Assembly (NCBI GenBank): GCA_045649305.1
Contig: JAZRPR010000003.1
Location: 830 to 64,829 of the forward strand
DNA length: 64,000 nucleotides
Reading direction: 5' to 3'
Origin: Candidatus Nanosyncoccus sp.
Lineage (GTDB): Bacteria; Patescibacteriota; Saccharimonadia; Saccharimonadales; Saccharimonadaceae
Below are positions 45,551-55,328 of this stretch, piece after piece. The notes under the pieces were generated by a model. It was given only the letters and a program-made list of their open reading frames with translations, was not told where the DNA came from and did not search any database. The position numbers were made by a program, and so were the translations under genes. Position 1 is the first letter of the stretch; each line of letters opens with the position of its first letter.

Positions 45551-45581
45551 CAAAAAATCACAAGCAAGCTTGTGATTTTTG
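45551..45581. terminator. Palindromic hairpin between CotH gene and tRNA-Ala(GGC)
   Basis: CAAAAAATCACAAGC-AA-GCTTGTGATTTTTG near-perfect inverted repeat. Confidence 0.65.
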
Positions 45582-45595
45582 TTCAGTTCCTACTG

Positions 45596-45671
45596 TGGTG
45601 GAGCATAGGAGATTCGAACTCCTCACCTCTTCCATGCCATGGAAGCGCTCTACCAAATGAGCTAATGCCCC
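45596..45671 (-). tRNA. tRNA-Ala(GGC)
   Basis: GGGGCAT/ATGCTCC, CTTCC-ATGGCAT-GGAAG, canonical GG D-loop and TTCGA T-loop, encoded CCA. Confidence 0.97.
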
Positions 45672-45731
45672 ATCAGGACCTTTCTATTATAGCACGGAGT
45701 TGTGATATAATCAAATACGAAAGGAGCAAAT

Positions 45732-46742
45732 ATGCAAACAATACTCACCGGTATCCGGTCAAACAGCGTACTAACTTTAGGCAACTACCTTGGCGCCCTT
45801 CTTCCGATGGTCCGCCTTGCCAACGAGTACAGCAAAGACTGGCAAGTGAACATTTTTGTTCCAGATCTTCATTCGATTATTTCTGACGTTGACGGCAGTC
45901 TCAAAGAGAACTCCATCCGCACCCTCAAATATTATCTTGCGGCGGGGCTCGAAATCAACGAGAATGTCCACATTTATCGTCAATCGTATGTACCGGCTCA
46001 TTCTGAGCTTTGCTGGATTTTGAACTGTGTCGCCACCATGGGCGAGACTTCGCGCATGATTCAGTTTAAAGAAAAATCTAAAGGTCAGGAATCCTGCAAC
46101 GTCGGCATTTTCGACTATCCAATTTTGATGGCTGCGGACATCTTGCTTTATGATGCGACTTTCATTCCGCTCGGAGAGGACCAATTCCAGCACATTGAGC
46201 TTACTCGCAACCTTGCGATGCGCTTCAACAACCGTTTTGGTGAAATCTTTACCGTGCCGGCTAAAACCGCTGACCAGGTTAAATTTATGCACATGGATGA
46301 AGGCCTTCGTATTCGCGATCTCTTGAACCCGGAAAAGAAAATGAGCAAATCGACCGCTGCCGAAAACTCCAAGATTATGCTAGACGACGATCCGGAAAGA
46401 GCCGCCAAGAAAATCATGTCCGCCACTACCGACTCGCTCGGCAAGATTAAATACGACATGTTCAACCAACCAGGTATTTCGAATCTCTTGCAGATTGAGG
46501 CACTCGTTACCAATGTGCCTCTCCAGGACGTAATCTCTACCTGGGCTGGCGAAACCCACTACGGTGATCTTAAGCAAAAAGTCGCTTCATCTGTCTCCGC
46601 CATGCTTACCGATTTCCAGGCTAAAATGGCCGAAATCAAAGACGAAGACGTCTTGGCCCTGCTCGAAAAAGGCGAAAAGTATGCCAACGAAGTAGCAAAC
46701 AAGAAGCTCTACGAAGTTCAAAAAGCCTTCAACTTGCGATAA
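45732..46742 (+). CDS. trpS: Tryptophan--tRNA ligase
   Basis: LTGIRS...TLGNYLG (HIGH variant), YPILMAADIL, GEDQ.QHIEL, KMSKS. Confidence 0.96.
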   Translation: MQTILTGIRSNSVLTLGNYLGALLPMVRLANEYSKDWQVNIFVPDLHSIISDVDGSLKENSIRTLKYYLAAGLEINENVHIYRQSYVPAHSELCWILNCVATMGETSRMIQFKEKSKGQESCNVGIFDYPILMAADILLYDATFIPLGEDQFQHIELTRNLAMRFNNRFGEIFTVPAKTADQVKFMHMDEGLRIRDLLNPEKKMSKSTAAENSKIMLDDDPERAAKKIMSATTDSLGKIKYDMFNQPGISNLLQIEALVTNVPLQDVISTWAGETHYGDLKQKVASSVSAMLTDFQAKMAEIKDEDVLALLEKGEKYANEVANKKLYEVQKAFNLR

Positions 46743-46767
46743 ACGCAAAATATGTTATAATATAGTT

Positions 46768-47655
46768 ATGATTATCACTGGCAAAAAATTTAGCAAACCA
46801 GACATGTCGCGCGTCATTAACGGCGACACTATCCTGGCTGAGGAACCAGAGCAAGCGCCAAAGTTCCGCCTGGATTTATTGTTGGTGGAAAAATATCAGA
46901 GTTATAACCGCGCTACGTTACAAAAATTTATTGAGGCTGGCTACGTCAAGGTAGACGGCAAAGTTGTGACTAAATCTAACTCTAAGTTTGAAAAAGACGT
47001 CAAGTTGGAGTTGAATGTTCCGACCGAACTCAAAAATTCCGACCTCGTTCCGGCCAAGATTTATGAAGACAAGAACGTCGTCGTGCTAAATAAGCCAGCT
47101 GGCTTGCTCAGCATGGCTAAAGGCGAATATTGCCCAGAAAAAACTCTCGAAGATTACGGTCTCTTGGTGCACCGCCTAGACCGTGATACTTCGGGCGTGG
47201 TAATTTTAGCTAAAAATGCAGAAGTTCAGAGCTTTTTGCGCAAACAATTCCAGGATCGCAAGACCCACAAGACCTACTATGCCGTAGTTGCAGGACATCC
47301 GAAGCTCGCCGAAGCCAATATTGATTTGCCAATCGCTCGCGACCTCAAGCATAAGACCACCTTCCGTGTCGACGCTAATGGCCGCCCGTCCGAAACCTAT
47401 TACAAAGTCATCGACCAAGGCGACAGAACTAGCCTGGTTGAATTGAAGCCAAAAACCGGTCGTACCCACCAACTGCGCGTACATATGAAATACCTTGGTA
47501 CGCCAATTCTTGGTGACCGTGTTTATAGCGAAGATGGCGAAAAATATCCACGCCTATTCTTGCATGCCCACTCGCTAGAAATTACCTTGCCGGGCGGCAA
47601 ACGCGAAACTTTTACGGCCGAGCTGCCGGAAGAATTTAAAAATGTTCTTCGATAA
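46768..47655 (+). CDS. RluA/RluD-family pseudouridine synthase with S4 domain
   Basis: RLD..L S4 domain, NKPAGL, HRLDRDTSG (catalytic Asp), TGRTHQLRVH, LFLHA. Confidence 0.93.
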   Translation: MIITGKKFSKPDMSRVINGDTILAEEPEQAPKFRLDLLLVEKYQSYNRATLQKFIEAGYVKVDGKVVTKSNSKFEKDVKLELNVPTELKNSDLVPAKIYEDKNVVVLNKPAGLLSMAKGEYCPEKTLEDYGLLVHRLDRDTSGVVILAKNAEVQSFLRKQFQDRKTHKTYYAVVAGHPKLAEANIDLPIARDLKHKTTFRVDANGRPSETYYKVIDQGDRTSLVELKPKTGRTHQLRVHMKYLGTPILGDRVYSEDGEKYPRLFLHAHSLEITLPGGKRETFTAELPEEFKNVLR

Positions 47656-48301
47656 TCTCACCGATATCGAAAAACTCGCCAGCAAGGTGAACTGTGCAAT
47701 TTTTGTCATCCCGAACGGAGCTGAAATTGCCATTAAAAACGCTGAAATTATCGAAAAAGATAAAACTACAATATCGATTGAACAAATCCGCAATTTAATT
47801 GCCAAAACCAGGGCCAAGCAGACTACGCCGCGCTTCGTGGTAATTAAAGAGGCTGAGAAGATGACGGCCGAGGCCTGCAATGCCTTCTTAAAGAGCTTTG
47901 AGGAGCCAAACGAAAACTACCATTTTGTTTTGCAAACCGAGAATCTTTCGAGTATTCTCCCGACCATTCTCAGCCGCGCTGAAGTCTTCATTCTAAGGAT
48001 CAATAACCCGCTAGACCAGGCGCCAGCCGCCTCGGAAGAGGCTAAGAACTTGGCCAAGAAGATGATTGTCGCCAAGGATAAAGACTACATTGCCATCATG
48101 AACGAAATCGCCAAGAAAAAAGACGGTGCCCGCGAGCTGGCGCTTGAGGTTCTGAGCGCCGCTATTGAAATGTCTTATAAGTCTTATTTCAAGACTGGCA
48201 ACAAACTCTTTTTGAAGAAGATTCCAAACCTCATTACTGCGCACGAGAATATTGCCGCGAACGGCAACTTAAAACTGCATCTCGTTGCGGATATGCTATA
48301 A
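47642..48301 (+). CDS. holB: DNA polymerase III delta' (HolB)-like, N-terminally shortened
   Basis: ISIEQIRNL, AEKMT.EACNAFLKSFEEP, ILPTILSR; no Walker A or zinc module. Confidence 0.75.
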   Translation: MFFDNLTDIEKLASKVNCAIFVIPNGAEIAIKNAEIIEKDKTTISIEQIRNLIAKTRAKQTTPRFVVIKEAEKMTAEACNAFLKSFEEPNENYHFVLQTENLSSILPTILSRAEVFILRINNPLDQAPAASEEAKNLAKKMIVAKDKDYIAIMNEIAKKKDGARELALEVLSAAIEMSYKSYFKTGNKLFLKKIPNLITAHENIAANGNLKLHLVADML

Positions 48302-48308
48302 TAAAAGC

Positions 48309-49103
48309 ATGATTGCTGTTTTTGTCATCATAATTTTTACTGTGTTTCTTATCTTTTTCTTCCCAATTCAGATCAAGAGAAAGAAGGAAGAAGAAAAATC
48401 CCCGAAGTATACTGCGCAGATGAAAAAACTCTGGCAAATTGCGCAGACTTCGATGAAAGAGCGAAAGCCCTTACGTGCCGAAAAGGCCCTGCTCACGATC
48501 TTGAAATTCGACGAAAAACACGCCGCGGCCTACAACCGCCTCGGTATTTTGTATGCTAAGTCTAAAAAATACGATGAGGCTGTAGAGTGTTTTGAGATTG
48601 CCCAGTCCCTCGACAATAACCCGTCCTCCATTCACAACGCTGGCTTAATTTATCTTGAAACTGGCGAATATGAGAAAGCCGCTATGGCCTTTGAGCAGGC
48701 AATTGCGCTCGAGGGTGATGTACCGGCTCGTTTTATTGCTCTCGCTAAAGCCGAGGAAAAACTTGGCGATTATAAGAAATCCATTCAGGCGCTAGAGAGT
48801 GCTTACGAACTCGATTTTAAGGTCTCTACTTTGCGACAGATGCTAGCGATTTACGAAATCACCGGTGACGAAGAAATGAAAGCCGAAGTAACCGCCCGTA
48901 TCGAGGCGCAAGTTGCCAAAGACAATGCCGCTAAGGCGCCAAAGAAGCGCTTAATGATGCGCCGCCCAAAGACGCCAAAAGCTCCAAAGCCAACCAAAGC
49001 CCCGAAACCAGTCAAAGCGCCAAAGCCACAGCGCACTACCAAAAAAGTCATCGTCAAGAAACCAATCTCTATTAAACCTCGCATCGGCAAGAAGCGTATT
49101 TAA
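48309..49103 (+). CDS. Membrane-anchored TPR protein with Lys/Pro-rich tail
   Basis: N-terminal TM; TPR units (AAYNRLGILY..YDEAVECFE.A, HNAGLIY..YEKA..AFEQA). ATG 48309 is 6 nt after TGcTATAAT. Confidence 0.8.
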   Translation: MIAVFVIIIFTVFLIFFFPIQIKRKKEEEKSPKYTAQMKKLWQIAQTSMKERKPLRAEKALLTILKFDEKHAAAYNRLGILYAKSKKYDEAVECFEIAQSLDNNPSSIHNAGLIYLETGEYEKAAMAFEQAIALEGDVPARFIALAKAEEKLGDYKKSIQALESAYELDFKVSTLRQMLAIYEITGDEEMKAEVTARIEAQVAKDNAAKAPKKRLMMRRPKTPKAPKPTKAPKPVKAPKPQRTTKKVIVKKPISIKPRIGKKRI

Positions 49104-49118
49104 TGCTATAATATCCTT

Positions 49119-50234
49119 ATGGATATATTGTTAGTAATTTTGGGAGCCGTGATTATTGTTTTGCTCCTAGTTTTGATTCTTAGAAAACCTAAACTTAGTC
49201 TCGGCAAAGAGTTCGACCAGATGAACGAACGCATTATTCGTGTCGAGGGTGAGATTAATAAATTAAACCCAGCTATCGATCGCAACTTCCGCGAAAACCG
49301 TAAGGAAATCGCCGAAAATCTCGAACGCTTACAGAGTGGCAACGAGAAAAAGCTCGAAGAAATGCGTGAAACCGTAGATGAAAAGCTCAAAGCTTCGGTT
49401 GAAAAGCGTTTTAATGAGAGTTTTAAATCGATTTCGACCCAGCTTACCCAGGTTTACCAAGGTCTCGGCGAGATGAAGAATATGGCCAATGAAGTTGGCG
49501 ACCTTAAGAAGGTTATGGAAGGCGTCAAAACTCGCGGTATTTATGGCGAGGTGCAACTCGGCGCCATCATCGAGGACATGCTCAATAAATCACAATACGA
49601 AGAAAATATTATTACCAAGCCAGGCTCAAACGATCGCGTTGAGTTTGCGATTAAGATGCCAGGCAAAGAAGATAATGTCTTTTTGCCGATCGACTCCAAG
49701 TTCCCAGTGGAGAACTATTCCAGGCTGATTGCCGCCTATGACGCTGGCAACAAGGCGGACATTGCTACTTATCAAAAGGCTTTGGCAGGCGACGTTAAGG
49801 AACAAGCCAAAAAGATCTCAACCAAATATCTTGAGCCGCCAATGACCACGGACTTTGGTATCATGTTTGTCCCAACCGAATCACTTTATGCCGAGATTAT
49901 CCGTATTCCTGGTCTCTCGGATGAAATTCGCAAAAAATTTAGCGTAGCAATCGCTTCGCCGTCTACCTTGCCAGTGATGCTAAATGGCCTAGTGATGGGC
50001 TTCCGCACGCTCGCTATTGAAAAACGTTCAGCCGATGTTTGGAATACGCTTGGTGCCGTCAAGACGCAGTTTGGCAAGTTTGGTGATCTGCTTGAGGGAG
50101 TACAAAAGAAACTTCAGGAATCCGCTAACAAGATTGAGTCAGCACGCACTACTTCGCGCCAAATTGAGAGAAAATTGAAAGACGTTGAAGAGCTGCCAGA
50201 GGCAGAATCAGTTAAATTAATTGGTGAAGTTTAG
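49119..50234 (+). CDS. rmuC: DNA recombination protein RmuC
   Basis: N-terminal TM and coiled coil; KTRG.YGE.QL, LPIDSKFP.E.Y, DFGIMFVPTESLY. Confidence 0.93.
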   Translation: MDILLVILGAVIIVLLLVLILRKPKLSLGKEFDQMNERIIRVEGEINKLNPAIDRNFRENRKEIAENLERLQSGNEKKLEEMRETVDEKLKASVEKRFNESFKSISTQLTQVYQGLGEMKNMANEVGDLKKVMEGVKTRGIYGEVQLGAIIEDMLNKSQYEENIITKPGSNDRVEFAIKMPGKEDNVFLPIDSKFPVENYSRLIAAYDAGNKADIATYQKALAGDVKEQAKKISTKYLEPPMTTDFGIMFVPTESLYAEIIRIPGLSDEIRKKFSVAIASPSTLPVMLNGLVMGFRTLAIEKRSADVWNTLGAVKTQFGKFGDLLEGVQKKLQESANKIESARTTSRQIERKLKDVEELPEAESVKLIGEV

Positions 50235-50866
50235 AACCCGCGAATCTTATCGAACGGGAATAATCTAAATAGAACTGGGCCCATAATGCGGCAGTATGGA
50301 ATCGTGCCGAGGCCGCTGCGAGAATCTTTAGACCAGCTGCCTTCGCGGTTGTCGCCAGAGACGAACAATTCGCCTTCCGGAACGATCATATCGATGTTGC
50401 CCGAGGTGTGGGCTTTTGGCCCTACGTTGTCGTCTTCACGCCATTCTTCGTCGTAGACGTAGCCTTCTGGATGCTCTTCGTTGTAAATCGTCATCACGCC
50501 ATCTTTCACCACGACGCGCTCGCCAGGGAAGGCTACGACACGTTTAATGATATATTGGTCGTCTACGTTGTCTGGGGCGTTGCAAGTGAGCTTGCCAGAG
50601 GCGTTGCCGTTGGCAAAGACAATAATTTGGCCACGTTCTGGCACGTATTCTTCACCCTTAAAATGTGCCCAAGAAACCGCCAAACGGTTAACGATTACAC
50701 GGTCGCCGTTTACCATAGTATTTTCCATGCTTGGACCAACCACGTTGTAAGAACGATAAATGTAAGTATTCAAGAAAATGGTACCGAGCACCACGATTGC
50801 TACAAAACTAACCAAGCTAAGAATGTCTTTTAAAAGCGGATGCTTCTGAAAAAAAGTCGGTTCCAT
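50231..50866 (-). CDS. lepB: Signal peptidase I
   Basis: VVGPSM..T (Ser), IIKRVVA.PGE (Lys), GDNR..S.DSR. Confidence 0.93.
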   Translation of the reverse strand: MEPTFFQKHPLLKDILSLVSFVAIVVLGTIFLNTYIYRSYNVVGPSMENTMVNGDRVIVNRLAVSWAHFKGEEYVPERGQIIVFANGNASGKLTCNAPDNVDDQYIIKRVVAFPGERVVVKDGVMTIYNEEHPEGYVYDEEWREDDNVGPKAHTSGNIDMIVPEGELFVSGDNREGSWSKDSRSGLGTIPYCRIMGPVLFRLFPFDKIRGF

Positions 50867-50872
50867 ATTAAT

Positions 50873-50899
50873 ACATTATAGCACACCATGTTATAATGT
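50873..50899. promoter_or_regulatory. Back-to-back extended -10 promoters for lepB and the 50904 gene
   Basis: ACATTATA-gcacaccatgt-TATAATGT; TGnTATAAT on both strands, 8 and 6 nt from the ATGs. Confidence 0.7.
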
Positions 50900-50903
50900 A
50901 CTT

Positions 50904-51698
50904 ATGGCAGATTATATTCTGGTCCGTAAAACCCGCAACGCGGCTAGCTCAGCCGTGCATATTCTTTTGAATGTCTTATTCGGTATTGGCTCAGTGATGA
51001 TTACCGCTCTCACCGGTAGTCCAATCCTGGGTTTGATCTTGGTTGCGCTTTCGAAATGGCGCGTTTTTGCGGTACGCCCACGCTATATCTGGACTAATTT
51101 CAAGGCTAACCTCACCGACTTCATCGTTGGTGTCAGCGTTGTGCTCTTGGTTTACTTCTTCGGTCTTGGCTCGAACGATATCCTAGTTGTTGACATTATC
51201 TTGGCCGCTTTCTACTGTGCTTGGCTGCTTTTCATCAAGCCGCAAACTGGCGAAATTGCCACCTTAGCTCAGGCTATGATTGCTGTATTTCTCGGCTCCT
51301 CTGCCGCCTCGATCGCTTCGGCCAGCGCCGATCCTATCGTGCTCGTAGCCGCTTCGTTTATTGTTGGCTATAGCGCTAGTCGCCACATTCTGGTGCAGCA
51401 GAACGAAGAGGAAACTACCTTCTCTACGCTAGTGATGGGCCTAATCTTTGCCGAAATCGCCTGGCTTTGCCACACTTGGATGATCATTTATTCGTATTCC
51501 TTCCTTGGCGTGCGCATCCCACAGCTCGCAATTATCCTCACGATCTTTACTTTTATCTTTAGCGCCGTACGTCAGGCTATTTTCCGTCGCGAAGAAGAAT
51601 TCAAGTTCTCCGATGTTGCCGCCCCAATCCTCTTTGGTGTGGCTGTGATTGCCGTGATTTTGATTTGGTGCAGCAACCCAATCTTCAATATTAACTAA
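50904..51698 (+). CDS. Polytopic membrane protein of unknown function
   Basis: About 8 hydrophobic segments; conserved-looking SKWRVFAVRPRY..N.KAN..D loop. Confidence 0.75.
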   Translation: MADYILVRKTRNAASSAVHILLNVLFGIGSVMITALTGSPILGLILVALSKWRVFAVRPRYIWTNFKANLTDFIVGVSVVLLVYFFGLGSNDILVVDIILAAFYCAWLLFIKPQTGEIATLAQAMIAVFLGSSAASIASASADPIVLVAASFIVGYSASRHILVQQNEEETTFSTLVMGLIFAEIAWLCHTWMIIYSYSFLGVRIPQLAIILTIFTFIFSAVRQAIFRREEEFKFSDVAAPILFGVAVIAVILIWCSNPIFNIN

Positions 51699-52474
51699 CG
51701 CTTGAAGACCGTGATTAATCCCGCGGTTTTTTGATGCTCAAAACCCTGCGGCTTAGCGGCGTCAATAATTGCCGGCTGCTGAGAGATATCAGATTCTAGA
51801 AGCAGATAACCATGATGGTCTTTGGCGGACAGTTCACCAAGCAACCTTTTGATGAGGCTAAGGCCATTGTCGTCGGCATAGAGAGCAAGGCTAGGCTCTT
51901 TTTTGATTTCTGGGCTTAAGAAATCCCAATCCGGATTTACGTAGGGAAGATTAGCGATAATTAAATCGACGCCGCCAAGATCAATATTGTTTGTGAGATC
52001 AGAAATTACCAGCTCATCTAGGTCGACGCCTAGCCTGGCGGCATTCTGACTGACCACCTCAAGAGCCGCTTCACTGACATCGACGGCGCGCACCTTCGCT
52101 TCTGGCAGCTCAGACTTAACGGTAATTGCAATGCAGCCAGAACCGGTGCCAATGTCGAGCACTTCGCGCGGTTTTAACTCTTTGACGATGTCGATAATTC
52201 CCTCGGTTTCGGGGCGGGGAATTAAAACATTTGAGTTAACGATAAAGTCTCGGCCATAAAATTCTTTGTGGCCAGTAAGATAGGCAAGCGGTACATGCTC
52301 GGCGCGCTGCTTTAATAATTCATCAGCCTCGGCAAGCTGGGCCGGAGTTAACTCGTCATCATCGTGCGCCACCAAAAACACTCGGTCTTGGCCTAGCACA
52401 TGGGCCAAAATTAATTCTGCATCAAGCGAGCCAATCGAAGCTTTACTTTTCTTCAGCCATGAGCGAACGTTCAT
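51695..52474 (-). CDS. prmC: Release factor glutamine methyltransferase
   Basis: [35 protein letters not shown]; downstream of prfA. Confidence 0.94.
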   Translation of the reverse strand: MNVRSWLKKSKASIGSLDAELILAHVLGQDRVFLVAHDDDELTPAQLAEADELLKQRAEHVPLAYLTGHKEFYGRDFIVNSNVLIPRPETEGIIDIVKELKPREVLDIGTGSGCIAITVKSELPEAKVRAVDVSEAALEVVSQNAARLGVDLDELVISDLTNNIDLGGVDLIIANLPYVNPDWDFLSPEIKKEPSLALYADDNGLSLIKRLLGELSAKDHHGYLLLESDISQQPAIIDAAKPQGFEHQKTAGLITVFKR

Positions 52475-53489
52475 GCTTGGTCAGCTCCGTCACTAAATCA
52501 TCAATGTCGCCATCCATCGCCGCTGGCACGTTGGAACGGGAGTAATGGATGCGATGGTCGGTGATGCGGTCTTGCGGGAAGTTGTAAGTACGAATTTTTT
52601 CAGAGCGATCGCCGCTGCCAATCAGAGATTTACGAGCCTCAGAAGCATTCTTCTGCTCCTCGGCTTTTTTGCGCTCTAAGAGTCTCGAACGGAGAATATT
52701 CATTGCCTTCACGCGGTTTTGTTGCTGAGAACGCTCATCCTGCATTGCTACCACGAGGCCAGTCGGAAGGTGGGTGATACGCACAGCAGAGTCGGTCGTA
52801 TTAACGCCCTGACCGCCATGGCCACCAGAACGGTAAATATCAATACGGAGATCTTCCGGCTTAATCTCAAGGTCAGTTTCCGAAGCTTCTGGGAGTACAG
52901 CGACGGTCGCAGTGGAAGTATGAATGCGGCCCTGAGATTCGGTAACTGGCACGCGTTGTACGCGGTGCACGCCACCTTCAAACTTGAGTTGGCCGTAGGC
53001 ACGGTCGCCCGAAACTTTAAAAATCACTTCTTTCATGCCGCCGGCCTCGTTTTCGTTTTGCGAAATCAATTCAACCTTTAATCCATGACCCTCGGCATAT
53101 TTCACATACATACGATAAAGCTCACCAGCAAATAATGAAGCCTCGTCGCCACCGGCACCGGCGCGGATTTCGAGGATAGCCGGTTTGTCATCGGCTGGAT
53201 CGTGCGGTAGTAACATTTCTTCGAGTTTGGCTTCGAGCTCCGGAATCTTAGAAGTCAATTGCTCGACGTCGGCACGGGCCAATTCGCCAAGCTCCGGATC
53301 GCTCGCGAGTGCTTTAGCTTCTTCTAGATTTGCACGAGCATTCGTTAGTTCTTCGTTAGTATCCAAAATTGCACGAATTTCGGCGGCTCTACGACCCCTG
53401 TTGGCGAAGTCTGGGTCCGAAAAAGCATCCGGCCTAGCCAAAAAAGCTTCCAGTTCATCAAGTTCAGTATGTAATTTTGTCAAATCCAT
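52443..53489 (-). CDS. prfA: Peptide chain release factor 1
   Basis: [29 protein letters not shown] (PVT motif), [10 protein letters not shown] (GGQ), RTYNFPQ.R.TDHR. Confidence 0.98.
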   Translation of the reverse strand: MDLTKLHTELDELEAFLARPDAFSDPDFANRGRRAAEIRAILDTNEELTNARANLEEAKALASDPELGELARADVEQLTSKIPELEAKLEEMLLPHDPADDKPAILEIRAGAGGDEASLFAGELYRMYVKYAEGHGLKVELISQNENEAGGMKEVIFKVSGDRAYGQLKFEGGVHRVQRVPVTESQGRIHTSTATVAVLPEASETDLEIKPEDLRIDIYRSGGHGGQGVNTTDSAVRITHLPTGLVVAMQDERSQQQNRVKAMNILRSRLLERKKAEEQKNASEARKSLIGSGDRSEKIRTYNFPQDRITDHRIHYSRSNVPAAMDGDIDDLVTELTKHERSLMAEEK

Positions 53490-53504
53490 GAGTATATTAT
53501 ATAG

Positions 53505-53993
53505 CTACTTAAGGTTTTTCACAAACTTCACGCCACTATTGTCGAGATTCTCAAATAATTCTACTGTCTCATAGTTTTTCATCTCATCCTCCGAGACCGA
53601 TTCTAGACGCTTGAACATCGCCTCCATCTCGTCTTCTGGAATTTTACGAGCGCGCGCACGATTGTTCTGGAGGCAGAGCTCTTTTTTGGCGCGTACGATA
53701 ATCAAATGGAAGGTGTAATCCGGGAAGCGTTCGATAAACCAATCGCGATCGGCGCGAGATGGAGAATTAGTGTCGACCAAAATGTCGGCTCCGTCCTCCA
53801 TGGCGGTGCGAATGGCGATTGCAAAAGCCTCCCAAACCCGTTCACGATGTTTGTGAATTAGGTCGGAACCAAAAAATACAGCATAAAAATCTTCAATCGA
53901 AAGATGGCGCAAATTACGCTCCCTTGCAAGCCTTGTCGCGAGCGTCGTCTTGCCGGCCCCACACGGTCCAGTCATCAAAAACAAGTTTGCCAT
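53505..53993 (-). CDS. P-loop kinase (AAA_33 / polynucleotide-kinase-like)
   Basis: GPCGAGKTT, DTNSP.RADR, RN.AR.R.IPED.M lid pattern. Confidence 0.75.
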   Translation of the reverse strand: MANLFLMTGPCGAGKTTLATRLARERNLRHLSIEDFYAVFFGSDLIHKHRERVWEAFAIAIRTAMEDGADILVDTNSPSRADRDWFIERFPDYTFHLIIVRAKKELCLQNNRARARKIPEDEMEAMFKRLESVSEDEMKNYETVELFENLDNSGVKFVKNLK

Positions 53994-54031
53994 ACCTATA
54001 TTATACTAAAAATGTGTTATAATAGTGCCAT

Positions 54032-54108
54032 GGATCTTTAGCTCAGTTGGCTAGAGCGTACGATTCACATTCGTAAGGTCACTGGTTCGAGCCCAGTAAG
54101 ATCCACCA
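54032..54108 (+). tRNA. tRNA-Val(CAC)
   Basis: GGATCTT/AAGATCC acceptor, TACGA-TTCACAT-TCGTA, encoded CCA; terminator AATCGGC/GCCGATT at 54120-39. Confidence 0.96.
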
Positions 54109-54232
54109 AATTATAAATGAATCGGCATTTTGGCCGATTTTTTATGGGAAACTTTCTGTTGAGCATCCAAAAAACTATTTGTGCCGATGCTACAATGGAC
54201 GATGAATAAGAAATATGATATAATCTTACCTA

Positions 54233-55315
54233 ATGGAGAAGAAGCCACAGGTTATCAACGTCGGCGATGTATTAGTCGAGTTTAAAAGACCGGTTTCTGA
54301 ACCCCCTTTTAAAAAGATCACCATTAAATACCCTTCTAGGCTGGATGCCGCTTGTACCGATCCTGGAAAATTATATAGTATAAAACCAAAAGATAATATT
54401 TTTCCAACAGGACAGATTAATTTTTGTGTTAATATATGCAAAAAAATTACCGTAGAGCCAAGAGAAGATGATGCTATTATTGTTACCGGCAATTATGGTC
54501 GAACAGTTTTGGTCAAGCATGCTGCTATGCTAATGCAGAAAGCCCTAAACATAACTACTGGTTTTTCCATTAATATAGACGCGAGCCTGGATCTAAGGCA
54601 TTGCGGCCTAGGTTCGAGCGCGTCAGCTATACAGGGCGTAGGTGCTGCGATTAATGAATTATACAATAACCCGATAAAGCCAATGGACTTGATTAGATAC
54701 CTTGCCGGCAATCATGCCGAAGAAATAGATGGGGATAACGAGCATCTTGTGTTCGTACAATCGGTTGGTGGTTCTGGAGTCTGCGGGCATTATGCTGGTG
54801 GACTAATCATTATGACTGGTAGAGCAGTACCCATAGTAAGGGTAGATTTGCCAAAAGATTTAAAAATCGTTTTCGGCATCCCAAATCAATATTTGCACCC
54901 TGACGCTAACACATTGATCACAGATGAAATTATGACATCAGAAAGTTTTAAGAAAGCCAGTATGGATTACTCAAAAGAAATTGCATATAGACTCTTGAAC
55001 GACGCTATCCCAGAGTTAGTGGATGGAAATTTCAAACCGATGAAGGAATTTATTTTTGACTATCGCTGGGATATGGGTAGTATAAAAAACTGTTCTTATG
55101 CATATCCTGGCATCGTCGATTTAGCGGAAAAGATGAGGCCACTAAGAAACGATAACGATATAGACTTTATTTTTCTCTCTACGGCAGGTCCTGGATTTTG
55201 CATAATCACCAAAGATATAAACAAAGCCGAAAATATTTTCAGGAGACTAGATATGAAAACTTTTGTCACAGATATTCATAACGGTAAATATCAAATTATT
55301 GAAAAAGTTAAATAA
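54233..55315 (+). CDS. GHMP-superfamily protein, beta-RFAP-synthase-like
   Basis: HCGLGSSASA (GHMP motif), N-terminal YPSRLD (cf. PSRLH), C-terminal STAGPG loop. Subfamily call is inference. Confidence 0.7.
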   Translation: MEKKPQVINVGDVLVEFKRPVSEPPFKKITIKYPSRLDAACTDPGKLYSIKPKDNIFPTGQINFCVNICKKITVEPREDDAIIVTGNYGRTVLVKHAAMLMQKALNITTGFSINIDASLDLRHCGLGSSASAIQGVGAAINELYNNPIKPMDLIRYLAGNHAEEIDGDNEHLVFVQSVGGSGVCGHYAGGLIIMTGRAVPIVRVDLPKDLKIVFGIPNQYLHPDANTLITDEIMTSESFKKASMDYSKEIAYRLLNDAIPELVDGNFKPMKEFIFDYRWDMGSIKNCSYAYPGIVDLAEKMRPLRNDNDIDFIFLSTAGPGFCIITKDINKAENIFRRLDMKTFVTDIHNGKYQIIEKVK

Positions 55316-55328
55316 AGAAAGGAGCAAG

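Noticed and set aside
50231-50866. lepB as the SipW for the TasA-like operon
   Set aside because: It has the Ser-Lys dyad of ordinary SPase I and is 7 kb away in a housekeeping context.
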